From Flavobacteriales bacterium (GTDB lineage: Bacteria; Bacteroidota; Bacteroidia; Flavobacteriales_D; Sanyastnellaceae), in contig JBMZHG010000006.1 of NCBI GenBank assembly GCA_049616325.1, forward strand, positions 3,846-67,845: 64,000 bases of DNA. Reading direction: 5' to 3'. The position numbers and the translations under genes were made by a program. The notes beneath the pieces were generated by a model, which saw nothing but the letters and a program-made list of their open reading frames with translations, was not told the origin of the DNA and searched no databases. Within the stretch, counting starts at the first letter, position 1; each line of letters starts with the position of its first letter. Shown here in pieces: positions 27,101 through 33,762 of the stretch.

Positions 27101-27907
27101 TCGGAGTGCACGCTTGTGAGTGGAACGGGGATGGGGTGGTTTCCGGGGTACGCGATTGACACCCAAACCGGCGAGCGGTTGAACATTGCGTTTGGCGAGG
27201 ATTCGTGGTTGGTTACTGAGAATGGCGACGACATGCGGTTCAACCCTGGCTCATCGAGTTACAGTCCGGGTCCGGTTGGTGTCTTTCATGCTGGAGGACA
27301 GCATTGGATTTACGTGTTTAAAAACGGCCGACATTACACAGGGGCGTCAAACAGAATGCCGTCCTACGACCAAGGCGAATTCATTGTCGACCAACTTTTG
27401 AACCCTTCTATTTCAAACCAGAGAAGGGTGTTCAGGGACTGCGCTTGGGTAGGCTCGACCAAGACAGTCGAGAATTTTGATTGGTCTGCGGAGTTTGGGA
27501 CCACACGCATTCAGTTGGATGCACCGCTGCCGATGATGGCCTACTCGCCCTCTGTCATAGATGTTGAGGACACGGGCTTCTCTGAGAACGACTGGCAGCC
27601 GTTGTATGCCTTTTCGACGTTTGACGAAGCGTCCCAAGTGGAGGACGTGGCTTCCTCAGCTGAGTTGGGCATGAAGGTGTTTCCCAACCCGGTTAGCAAT
27701 CGGCTGACGTTGGAGATTCCGATGAACGCGTGCGCAGAACGCGCGCGGCTGTTCAGCATTCACGGTCAAGTCGTGCATGAGGTTGAGTTTTCTGAGGAAC
27801 AGGGTTGGAAGCAGGTCGACGTGTCTGGCGTTCCAAACGGGACCTACGTGTTGGTGGTGGAATTCACTGACCACATGCGTGCCGCGCACGTGGTGGTCCA
27901 GCGCTGA
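24146..27907 (+). CDS. large secreted protein of unknown function with T9SS type-A C-terminal sorting domain
   Basis: Signal peptide 'MALPKPHALAASILMLLLSTVTTWSQ'. 1253 aa. C-terminus 'KVFPNPVSNRLTLEI....ARLFSIHGQVVHEV.......VDVSGVPNGTYVLVVEF'. I recognise no catalytic motif. Confidence 0.85.
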   Translation: MALPKPHALAASILMLLLSTVTTWSQSSPCAPPNSRAYTSFNNVRALIENRGSMWQDRKTSTASYEVPAGEGVSTFYAGSLWLGGVSQSGQLAVAANTFSQGTDFYPGPLEQDVLQADAQRCLAYDEIFRIRRADVSRHIAYHEAVAAGTAEVDFPNGYVTPESILRWPAQGNMVGVMGQPLAPFLDANGDGVYTPEEGDSPAFGDDGCDVAFADALHGDEVLFWVINDEGVHQESQGEPLGVEIHCQAWGWEEASENLSNTTFYTHKVINRSSNTYSDFYAGWWADADVGTATDDYVGCDVSRGMGYAFNGDVIDEASSSSLGYGEFPPAAGLDFVLGMQEDPDNSDNPLTEDYDEAFLNQGLMYAGAGTGFGDGVVDNERRGMSHFVYYNNSGNPINGEPSTAVHFYNYLQAVWKNGAPMLFGGDGVNTALGALEDVLANSMFAGESDPLFWSTGGVDPGVDPWTEVSSGNPPADRRFVMSMGPATLESGGSKDFTMATLWARDTTEVDASVAALEAVSDEVQQLFDSCFEGMGCMDPTATNYDPDAVLSTPGACVPYEYGCGTMEAAMWEAQGWDIQFAEALVELEFGNAPEEFHLVVSSESQGFAVNHIQLTDAQGLPNGLSYASADVYESGVIHCVLLEGAPLETGVYETTWEALVSGNEGEEATVELGLTLVVAAKPHGGALDGLASYPVTKREGRGSGLRRLQLTEESEQVLLNSPNGRADEVTYRPGLGPIDVYALPGFYDSADYTVAFTSLDDLLALPYTITNETTGESLNNVFTVESDMHLYAQWGIALGMDVLEYPSSADAPLYIHSRVVHPDSAQWYSGHPDTEGFSDNNWIRSGIRDSGQEFEYLFNDLTDCEEVYETALGGTWAPYAVAAYTDDNVFYPFTGETLGQWPLVAPTKASLRMLPGFNKPTATTSVSVVFTSDKTKWTRSPVLEMQPYPELAENDLGLEMEKMFLRSHASVDKNGLTQSEGGNASECTLVSGTGMGWFPGYAIDTQTGERLNIAFGEDSWLVTENGDDMRFNPGSSSYSPGPVGVFHAGGQHWIYVFKNGRHYTGASNRMPSYDQGEFIVDQLLNPSISNQRRVFRDCAWVGSTKTVENFDWSAEFGTTRIQLDAPLPMMAYSPSVIDVEDTGFSENDWQPLYAFSTFDEASQVEDVASSAELGMKVFPNPVSNRLTLEIPMNACAERARLFSIHGQVVHEVEFSEEQGWKQVDVSGVPNGTYVLVVEFTDHMRAAHVVVQR

Positions 27908-28004
27908 CGCTGTTCATGAGTTGAGGTGGGGTTGTGGATTCTTGGGGCGCTGCATATGAATTCAAACAGGTTGGCCGTATCTTATGTGTTCCAAACTCAT
28001 TTTG

Positions 28005-30284
28005 ATGAACCGCTTCTTCACACTTCTCTTTGCTGCTTCTTGCTTGGCTGCTGTTGGGCAGGTGACGTACCCGTACAATCCTGACGGCAATGCCGACGGT
28101 GACATCGCTGTTGGTGACTTGCAAGAATTCCTTGGGGCGTATGGAAATCCGTTCTCCCCGTCAGAGATCATGGTGGGGGATAGTTCGTTGACGAACTGGG
28201 TAGAACAGCTTTCTCAAACGATTCTAGACTTACAAAATCAGATTGCTGAACTTACCTCGAACACTGGTGCAATGCGCTGGGGTTGCACAGATGGCCTCGC
28301 TACAAATTTTGATCCAAATGCGGTAATTGATGTTGGCTCGTGCGATTACCTGGAAATTGGTGATTTCCACGAAGGTGGTATCATCTTTTATTTGGACGGC
28401 AACGGTGGCGGGCTAGTGGCTGCGACACAAGATGAAAGCACTCCCATTTCGCCATATGGTTGGACGTGGGGTTGTATTTACGACGATGTGCCAGGGGCGG
28501 ACGGAACAGCCATCGGTACAGGCTATCAAAACACAATGGACATTGTAAATGCGGGTTGTGAAAACGGCGCTGCGAATTATTGCGCGGATCTAGTTTTGAA
28601 TGGATATGACGACTGGTATCTTCCGTCATCAGGGGAGCTGACTCAGATGTACCTCAACATTGGGGGAGCTAACTCCTATGGCCTTGGGAATATTGGCTTT
28701 TTTCAGACCTATTCTATGTGGACGAGTGATTTTTCGGAGTACTGGAGTTCAACGGAGTCGTCAGAAGACCAAGATTTTGCATACTACGTTGACGTTATTC
28801 AAAACTTGACAGGTGGAGCTAGCCATGGCCAAAAGTCAGCCACGAAGAATGCACGTGCCATTCGGTCTTTTGTATTAACAGGGTGCTCTGATGACACTGC
28901 GTGCAACTACAATCCCGCAGCAATTGAAGATGGCCCTTGTTCCTACACAGGGGATAGTTGCGATGATGGCAACAGTGGAACAGCAGACGATTCTTGGAGT
29001 AGCGCCTGCGTTTGTGAAGGGGTTGAGGCAGTCTACGGTTGTCTCGATGACACGGCATGCAACTACAGCACAATCGCAAACACTGACGATGGCTCATGCA
29101 ACTTTGATTGCTATGGGTGCTTAGATTCCACGGCGTGCAACTACGACTCAACGGCTACTGAAGAAAATGGTTCTTGTGAATTCACTTCGTGTGCTGGTTG
29201 TACAGACGATGCGGCGTGCAACTACGATGCGAATGTTACAATCGACGATGGCTCATGCTCTTTTGGCGGAGATGGTTGTGACGATGGCAACAGTGAAACT
29301 GTAAACGATTCTTGGAATAGCGCCTGTGTTTGTGAAGGGGTTGAAGTACCTGGCTGTGCTGATGAGACAGCATGCAACTATGACGAGACAGCGTCAGTTG
29401 ACGATGGTTCTTGCCAGTACGCCGAGGAATTTTATGATTGCAATGGAGACTGCCTCAATGACGCTGACGGAGACAGCGTATGCGATGAACTTGAGGTGCC
29501 CGGTTGTACCGATGAGACGGCGTGCAACTACGATGAGACAGCGACAGATGACGATGGCTCATGCTATTTTGGCGGAGATAGTTGTGATGACAACAATTAT
29601 TCTACGACAAACGACACCTGGAGCAACGCTTGTGTTTGTGAAGGAACCAGCCTGACCGGATGTTCCAGTTCTGATTTTGTTGAATACAGTGGCCATAGCT
29701 ATGCCGTCATTACAATAGGGAATCAGTGTTGGTTTGCTGAGAACTGTCGCTATTTGCCCGAAGTTTCCCCTCCAAGTGAAGGCGGTGATTCCAGCCCCCA
29801 CTACTATGTCTACGACTACGAAGGCTCTGATTTAGGAGAAGCCAAATCAACCTCAAACTATGAGACGTACGGCGTTCTATACAACTGGCCGGCAGTGATG
29901 ACTGACAGCATTTGTCCAAGCGGTTGGCACGTCCCGTCAGATGATGAGTTCACGCAATTAACGGATTACTTGGGAGGCGAAAATGGAGCGGGAGGCAAGA
30001 TGAAAGAAGCTGGCTTTGATCATTGGAACTCGCCAAACACAGGCGCGACCAACTCAAGTGGCTGGACGGGTTTGCCCGGCGGCTCCCGGTTCGATGGCGG
30101 TGGAGGCTTCTTCTGGACCGCGGGAGACGAGGGGTTGTGGTGGAGTTCCTCGGCCGATCCATGGGAAACATCCACCGCACATGCCCGGAGACTGCTCAAT
30201 AACAGCGAGGATATCACCGACCCAACGGACACTTACGCCAAAAACAAAGGCTTTTCTGTTCGTTGTGTCCGGGATGCCGAGTGA
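28005..30284 (+). CDS. secreted DUF1566 (Lcl-like) + Cys-rich 'ACNY' repeat + FISUMP (Fibrobacter succinogenes major paralogous) domain protein
   Basis: Signal 'MNRFFTLLFAASCLAAVGQ'. DUF1566-like 'GGIIFYLD....GLVAA..D......W', 'GYDDWYLPSSGELTQMY', 'YWSSTE'. FISUMP-like 'IGNQCWFAENCRY', 'YGVLYNW.A', 'CPSGWHVPSDDEF..L', 'GFSVRCVRD'. Confidence 0.85.
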   Translation: MNRFFTLLFAASCLAAVGQVTYPYNPDGNADGDIAVGDLQEFLGAYGNPFSPSEIMVGDSSLTNWVEQLSQTILDLQNQIAELTSNTGAMRWGCTDGLATNFDPNAVIDVGSCDYLEIGDFHEGGIIFYLDGNGGGLVAATQDESTPISPYGWTWGCIYDDVPGADGTAIGTGYQNTMDIVNAGCENGAANYCADLVLNGYDDWYLPSSGELTQMYLNIGGANSYGLGNIGFFQTYSMWTSDFSEYWSSTESSEDQDFAYYVDVIQNLTGGASHGQKSATKNARAIRSFVLTGCSDDTACNYNPAAIEDGPCSYTGDSCDDGNSGTADDSWSSACVCEGVEAVYGCLDDTACNYSTIANTDDGSCNFDCYGCLDSTACNYDSTATEENGSCEFTSCAGCTDDAACNYDANVTIDDGSCSFGGDGCDDGNSETVNDSWNSACVCEGVEVPGCADETACNYDETASVDDGSCQYAEEFYDCNGDCLNDADGDSVCDELEVPGCTDETACNYDETATDDDGSCYFGGDSCDDNNYSTTNDTWSNACVCEGTSLTGCSSSDFVEYSGHSYAVITIGNQCWFAENCRYLPEVSPPSEGGDSSPHYYVYDYEGSDLGEAKSTSNYETYGVLYNWPAVMTDSICPSGWHVPSDDEFTQLTDYLGGENGAGGKMKEAGFDHWNSPNTGATNSSGWTGLPGGSRFDGGGGFFWTAGDEGLWWSSSADPWETSTAHARRLLNNSEDITDPTDTYAKNKGFSVRCVRDAE
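28881..29663 (+). repeat. intragenic tandem array of Cys-rich modules (about 7 'C.D..ACNY....A..DDGSC.F' units and 3 'GD.CDDGNS.T.(D/N)DSW(S/N)SACVCEG' units)
   Basis: The repeats are visible at DNA level. 'gacgatggctcatgc' occurs three times (about 29088, 29241, 29549). 28963-29030 and 29281-29347 are clearly similar, as are 29357-29394 and 29508-29545. Confidence 0.8.
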
Positions 30285-30477
30285 GCGCAGCGAGCGAGAG
30301 TCAATCTCTTAAATCTTGGTCTTGCGAAGCAAGGCTCGAGGGGAAGAGCCAGAGCAACATGAACCCTTGGCGGCGCGAGCCGCCTCTTGCGCAGGCTTCG
30401 CGTCAGCTGAGGCCGCGCAGGGTGATTGACCTCCATGCAAAGCGTAAGCATTGTCGTAAGCACTACCAAAAGAAGAA

Positions 30478-30513
30478 GCCCCGCTGTCGCAGTGACAACG
30501 GGGCTTTCTGTTT
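30478..30513 (+). terminator. intrinsic terminator about 195 nt downstream of the FISUMP gene
   Basis: 'GCCCCGCTGTC-GCAGT-GACAACGGGGC' (10 of 11 bp paired) followed by 'TTTCTGTTT'. Confidence 0.6.
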
Positions 30514-30592
30514 GAATTAACGTGACGGAGGGATTGCCGCCCTGCGGGCGACGATGCCGGGACAGGGGCTGCTCTCAAGCCCAGAAAGCTCA

Positions 30593-30622
30593 AGCGCGCC
30601 GCGAGGCGCGCTTGCTGTTTTT
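30593..30622 (+). terminator. GC-rich GNRA-loop hairpin plus U-rich tail (terminator-like; the transcript it serves is unknown)
   Basis: 'AGCGCGCC-GCGA-GGCGCGCT' followed by 'TGCTGTTTTT'. Confidence 0.35.
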
Positions 30623-30671
30623 GCGCCCTTCGCCTCCGACTCAAGCAAGCTTGGTCGCAGGTTTTGGGCAC

Positions 30672-30698
30672 AAAAAAACCCCAAGCTTTTGCTTGGGG
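30672..30698 (-). terminator. intrinsic terminator of tRNA-Cys
   Basis: Minus strand reads 'CCCCAAGC-AAAA-GCTTGGGG' followed by T7, starting 12 nt after the tRNA 3' end. Confidence 0.75.
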
Positions 30699-30709
30699 CT
30701 TTCTGGGGT

Positions 30710-30783
30710 TGGAGGTCCGAAGCGGATTCGAACCGCTGTAGCAGCTTTTGCAGAGCTGAGCCTAGCCACTCGGCCATCGGACC
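30710..30783 (-). tRNA. tRNA-Cys (anticodon GCA), CCA-encoded
   Basis: Folded by hand. Acceptor GGTCCGA/TCGGACC. Anticodon arm CAGCT-CTGCAAA-AGCTG. T arm AGCGG-TTCGAAT-CCGCT. Discriminator U followed by CCA. 74 nt. Confidence 0.92.
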
Positions 30784-30913
30784 CTTTTCCAGGTGAAGGA
30801 ATCACCGTGGGCTTGCGAATATACGAAAGTGGGTTGGTTTGGGTTTCGTTTTGCGGGGATAAATTCAGGAAAGACGCGTATAACACCGCGGTGGAGAGGG
30901 GGTGTGGATGGGT

Positions 30914-30921
30914 TAGATTTG
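30914..30921 (+). promoter_or_regulatory. perfect TAnnTTTG box (TAGATTTG), 4 nt upstream of the pssA ATG
   Basis: 'TTAGATTTGCGGCATG'. Compare gpsA 'TTACATTTGCGGCCATG'. Confidence 0.4.
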
Positions 30922-30925
30922 CGGC

Positions 30926-31744
30926 ATGAACACGTGGAAATGGGTGCCCAACGCATTGACCCTTGGCAACTTGCTGGGAGGGGTCGTGGTGTGCTGGGCG
31001 GCGGCGTCGGGATCGTTTTTGGGGGAGGCCCTGGTGGCCGACTGGACAGGCCAAATGGTGTTGTGGATGCAGGAACCCTGGCCCACAGGCGCCGAAGCGC
31101 GCGGCGTTCAGATGGTGGCGGCGGTTTGGGCGCTCGCGATGTTCTGCGACGTGCTGGACGGATGGGCGGCCCGGAAGTTGGGCGTGGCCGGACCGATGGG
31201 GGTTCAGCTGGACAGCTTGGCGGACGTGGTGACGGGGGGTGTGGCGCCGGCGATGGTGGCCATGCGCTTGTTTCAGGACGACGGAGGAGCGGGGTTGACG
31301 TGGGAGATGCTGGCGTGCTTGGGCGTGGCAGCGGCGGCGGCGTACCGCTTGGCGCGGTTCAATGTCGCTGCAGAGAGCGGAGAGGGCGGGACGCACTTTG
31401 AGGGGCTGCCGGCGCCGGCGGCGGGGGTGTTTTGGATGGGCGTGATGCTCGCGTGGGGTGAATTGCACGGCAGCTTGGACGCGCTTGTGGTGGTCGGGTT
31501 GGCCTGGATTGGGTTGGCAGTGGTGCCGATCGCGATGGTGAGCCGCAGGAAGATGTGGGGACTTAAGGGGTGGGGCAAAGAGCCCGGGGTGGACCTTTGG
31601 CGGTTCGTGTTGGTGGGGGCGATTCCGGTTGTGGGTGCGGGGACGTGGTTTGGGTGGGGAAGCGTGTTTCTTGCTGTGCCGCTGTGTTTACTTTTGTACC
31701 TCGGTTTGGCCTTGGCAACGACGCCGCAGAGCCAGACGGATTGA
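30926..31744 (+). CDS. pssA: CDP-alcohol phosphatidyltransferase (phosphatidylserine synthase-like)
   Basis: 'DVLDGWAARKLGVAGPMGVQLDSLAD' matches D-G-x2-A-R-x8-G-x3-D-x3-D. Multiple TM segments. Confidence 0.85.
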   Translation: MNTWKWVPNALTLGNLLGGVVVCWAAASGSFLGEALVADWTGQMVLWMQEPWPTGAEARGVQMVAAVWALAMFCDVLDGWAARKLGVAGPMGVQLDSLADVVTGGVAPAMVAMRLFQDDGGAGLTWEMLACLGVAAAAAYRLARFNVAAESGEGGTHFEGLPAPAAGVFWMGVMLAWGELHGSLDALVVVGLAWIGLAVVPIAMVSRRKMWGLKGWGKEPGVDLWRFVLVGAIPVVGAGTWFGWGSVFLAVPLCLLLYLGLALATTPQSQTD

Positions 31745-31771
31745 GATTCACCTTTTACGCATTCACTGCAC

Positions 31772-32026
31772 ATGAAATTCCGCGCTGCCATCGACATCAT
31801 GCCTCTTCCAGCTTTGTTGGACCCCCAGGGAAAGGCCGTCAGCAACAACATGCCCAACATTGGGTTGCCGGACATCAGCAACGTTCGGATTGGCAAGCAC
31901 GTGACCTTGGAGGTGGACGCGGACAGCCGTGAGTCGGCGGAAGGGCAGGTGAACGACGCGTGCACCAAGCTTCTCGTCAACGAGATCATGGAAGGCTTCA
32001 CCTTCCGCCTCGAGGAGGTCAAGTAA
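31772..32026 (+). CDS. purS: phosphoribosylformylglycinamidine synthase subunit PurS
   Basis: 84 aa. 'LLDPQGKAV......G......VR.GK...L.V' is the typical PurS pattern. Confidence 0.85.
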   Translation: MKFRAAIDIMPLPALLDPQGKAVSNNMPNIGLPDISNVRIGKHVTLEVDADSRESAEGQVNDACTKLLVNEIMEGFTFRLEEVK

Positions 32027-32081
32027 GGTTTTTTTAATCGGAAAAGGGTCGGGGCTTCTGAGCCTCGTGTGGGCCTGTGCG

Positions 32082-33107
32082 TCAGTTGCAGGCTTGGTCG
32101 TACTCCATGAAGTCCAAGTTGAACAGGGTCGGGTCGACGTTGCCAACGCTGGCCGGGCTGATGTCAATCAGGACGCCGTCGGAGGGGTCGAGGTGCTCCG
32201 ACCAGCGCAGCACCATGCCGTGGCCCCAGACGTAGGGGTCGTCGATGCCTTGGGCGTTGTTCAGGTCGATGAGCGGGGGCTCGCCTTGGTCCACCCAAAC
32301 CGGATACGGCCATCCGTCGGGCGCGAAATGCAGCGACTTGACGCTGTCCGGCAACCCAAAGGGCACTACGCTTCCCCACTCAGGACTCAGAAAAGGCGGC
32401 GTCTCCGACTCGGGGATGCCACTCTGCCCCACAAACGTGCTCAGGCTGATGCTTTGCCAGTGGTTGGGCTGCACGAGCATGGGGTTGCCCGGCACCGATT
32501 CGATGAACAGGTCCGGGTTGAGCGGCGTGTAATGTTGGTTGGCGTAGTCGTTGGCCTCGTTGCTTCCGTCCACCGCGCCTTGGGCCAAAACCTGTTGCGC
32601 GATGTAATTCCCCAACGCCGCGGGCCCGTCGTTGACGTAGTCGGTGCTTTGAAAGCTGTTCACGCCTCCGTTCAGGGCGAATTGTTGGTACAGGCTCATC
32701 AACGTGGCTGTTCCGCCCGGCGAATTCAAGAACCGGTTCCACAGGATGCGGTAGGAGGCATAATTGATGGCTTCTTCCTGGGCCCAGCGCCGCTCGACGG
32801 GGTCCTCGATGGCCGCAACGTTGACGTCGACCCAAAACGGCTCGGCAAGTGTGTCGTACGCCGCCCAGGCGTCGTAGCAGGCGGCGGACCAATGGTGGAG
32901 GTTGCGGGCGTGCACCGTGGGCCTCGCCAAATCGCTTCGGATGGCGTCCAACATCACCTCGTTCCACTCGCGCACCAGGCTCTGTTGTGCCCAGGAAGCC
33001 GATCCTGAAACCAACCCCGCAACCAACACAAGCAGCAGCCCAACAACGGCCCGGGCGGGCAGAAGCTTCGGGGTCGGATGGACGAGAGTGTCGGCGAGTG
33101 AGCTCAT
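32082..33107 (-). CDS. secreted protein resembling the N-terminal (DUF6851-like) part of vanadium-haloperoxidase/PAP2-family proteins; no PAP2 domain present
   Basis: 'REWNEVMLDAIR....PTVHARNL...SAACYDAWAAYD' resembles the N-terminal region of bacterial haloperoxidase-like proteins as I recall them. The ORF stops 55 nt from the purS 3' end. Confidence 0.55.
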   Translation of the reverse strand: MSSLADTLVHPTPKLLPARAVVGLLLVLVAGLVSGSASWAQQSLVREWNEVMLDAIRSDLARPTVHARNLHHWSAACYDAWAAYDTLAEPFWVDVNVAAIEDPVERRWAQEEAINYASYRILWNRFLNSPGGTATLMSLYQQFALNGGVNSFQSTDYVNDGPAALGNYIAQQVLAQGAVDGSNEANDYANQHYTPLNPDLFIESVPGNPMLVQPNHWQSISLSTFVGQSGIPESETPPFLSPEWGSVVPFGLPDSVKSLHFAPDGWPYPVWVDQGEPPLIDLNNAQGIDDPYVWGHGMVLRWSEHLDPSDGVLIDISPASVGNVDPTLFNLDFMEYDQACN

Positions 33108-33222
33108 GGGTTTGGCGGCGTGGCGTGCGTTCGCAAGAGAGCAGACATGAATTTACATAATAACCCAGGAACGTGCACGTCGCGTCTCGGTGCGTTGTGC
33201 TGAATGACTTGCTATGCTCCGT

Positions 33223-33762
33223 TCAGAGCAGTCCTGCGGCGCTCAGGACGGCGAAAACGTCGCCGGCTTCGAGGGGGCCTTCGAGGACGCCGATGCGGTC
33301 GCTCCAAGAACGGCTGTCTTCGCGGTACAGTCCCCAAAGCGGCACGTCCCCAGATCCCGCGAAACGGGGGGGTTCTTCGCGCAAGGTGTAGGCGACGTCG
33401 AGCGGGAAGGTGGAGTCGCCGACGAAGATTTGGCCTTCGCTGAACGTGTACAAAATGGCGTCCGAAAACGAACTGTCGCCCAAGTAGAGTTGGTTGTCGC
33501 GCACGGTGAAGGCAACGTCAAGGGTGCTGGTGGAAAAGCCTCGGAAGACCCGCACCTCGTTCCACATGTTGTCGCGGTTGACGGTGTAGATCACTTCGCC
33601 TCGCCACGAATTGCCCATGCGAACCAAGCCTGCGTCGAGGTGGGCCACCATGTCGTGCCAAACCAAGTTGTCGTCGGGATACAAGTTGAGCCTCCCTTGA
33701 CCCCAGGCGGTCAGGGAAGCGCACGAGGCGCAAATCGCAAGAAGAACGGTCAGCCGCTTCAC
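33223..33762 (-). CDS. hypothetical secreted protein/lipoprotein with short internal repeats
   Basis: GTG 33762 overlaps the upstream stop (GTGA). Signal 'VKRLTVLLAICASCASLTAWGQ'. Repeated 'D(V/A)(A/I)(F/Y/L)T..(R/S)(D/E)(N/G)Q(L/I)(Y/F)(L/V)GDS(S/T)F' units. Confidence 0.6.
   Translation of the reverse strand: MKRLTVLLAICASCASLTAWGQGRLNLYPDDNLVWHDMVAHLDAGLVRMGNSWRGEVIYTVNRDNMWNEVRVFRGFSTSTLDVAFTVRDNQLYLGDSSFSDAILYTFSEGQIFVGDSTFPLDVAYTLREEPPRFAGSGDVPLWGLYREDSRSWSDRIGVLEGPLEAGDVFAVLSAAGLL

Noticed and set aside
28881-29663. CRISPR-like or other non-coding tandem repeat array
   Set aside because: The repeats are in frame within a long ORF, encode Cys-rich modules, and vary in length and spacing. 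There is no repeat-spacer architecture and there are no cas genes.
30309-30671. ORFs of 78-135 aa on both strands in the FISUMP / tRNA-Cys spacer
   Set aside because: The translations are Arg/Ala/Ser/Pro-rich, mutually overlapping, and interrupted by terminator hairpins. The spacer is treated as non-coding.
28005-30709. Diversity-generating retroelement (DGR) targeting the FISUMP/DUF1566 protein
   Set aside because: I searched by eye for a template repeat resembling 30040-30284 in the 3' flank and elsewhere, and for a reverse transcriptase ORF. Neither is present in this window, and the variable-looking codons are not NNC-biased. It is kept only as a hypothesis to test genome-wide (see the finding at 30040-30200).
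27908-30925. Integrative element or genomic island with integrase at tRNA-Cys
   Set aside because: No integrase, transposase or excisionase ORF, and I could find no direct repeat of the tRNA 3' end. Only the compositional anomaly of a single gene supports foreign origin.
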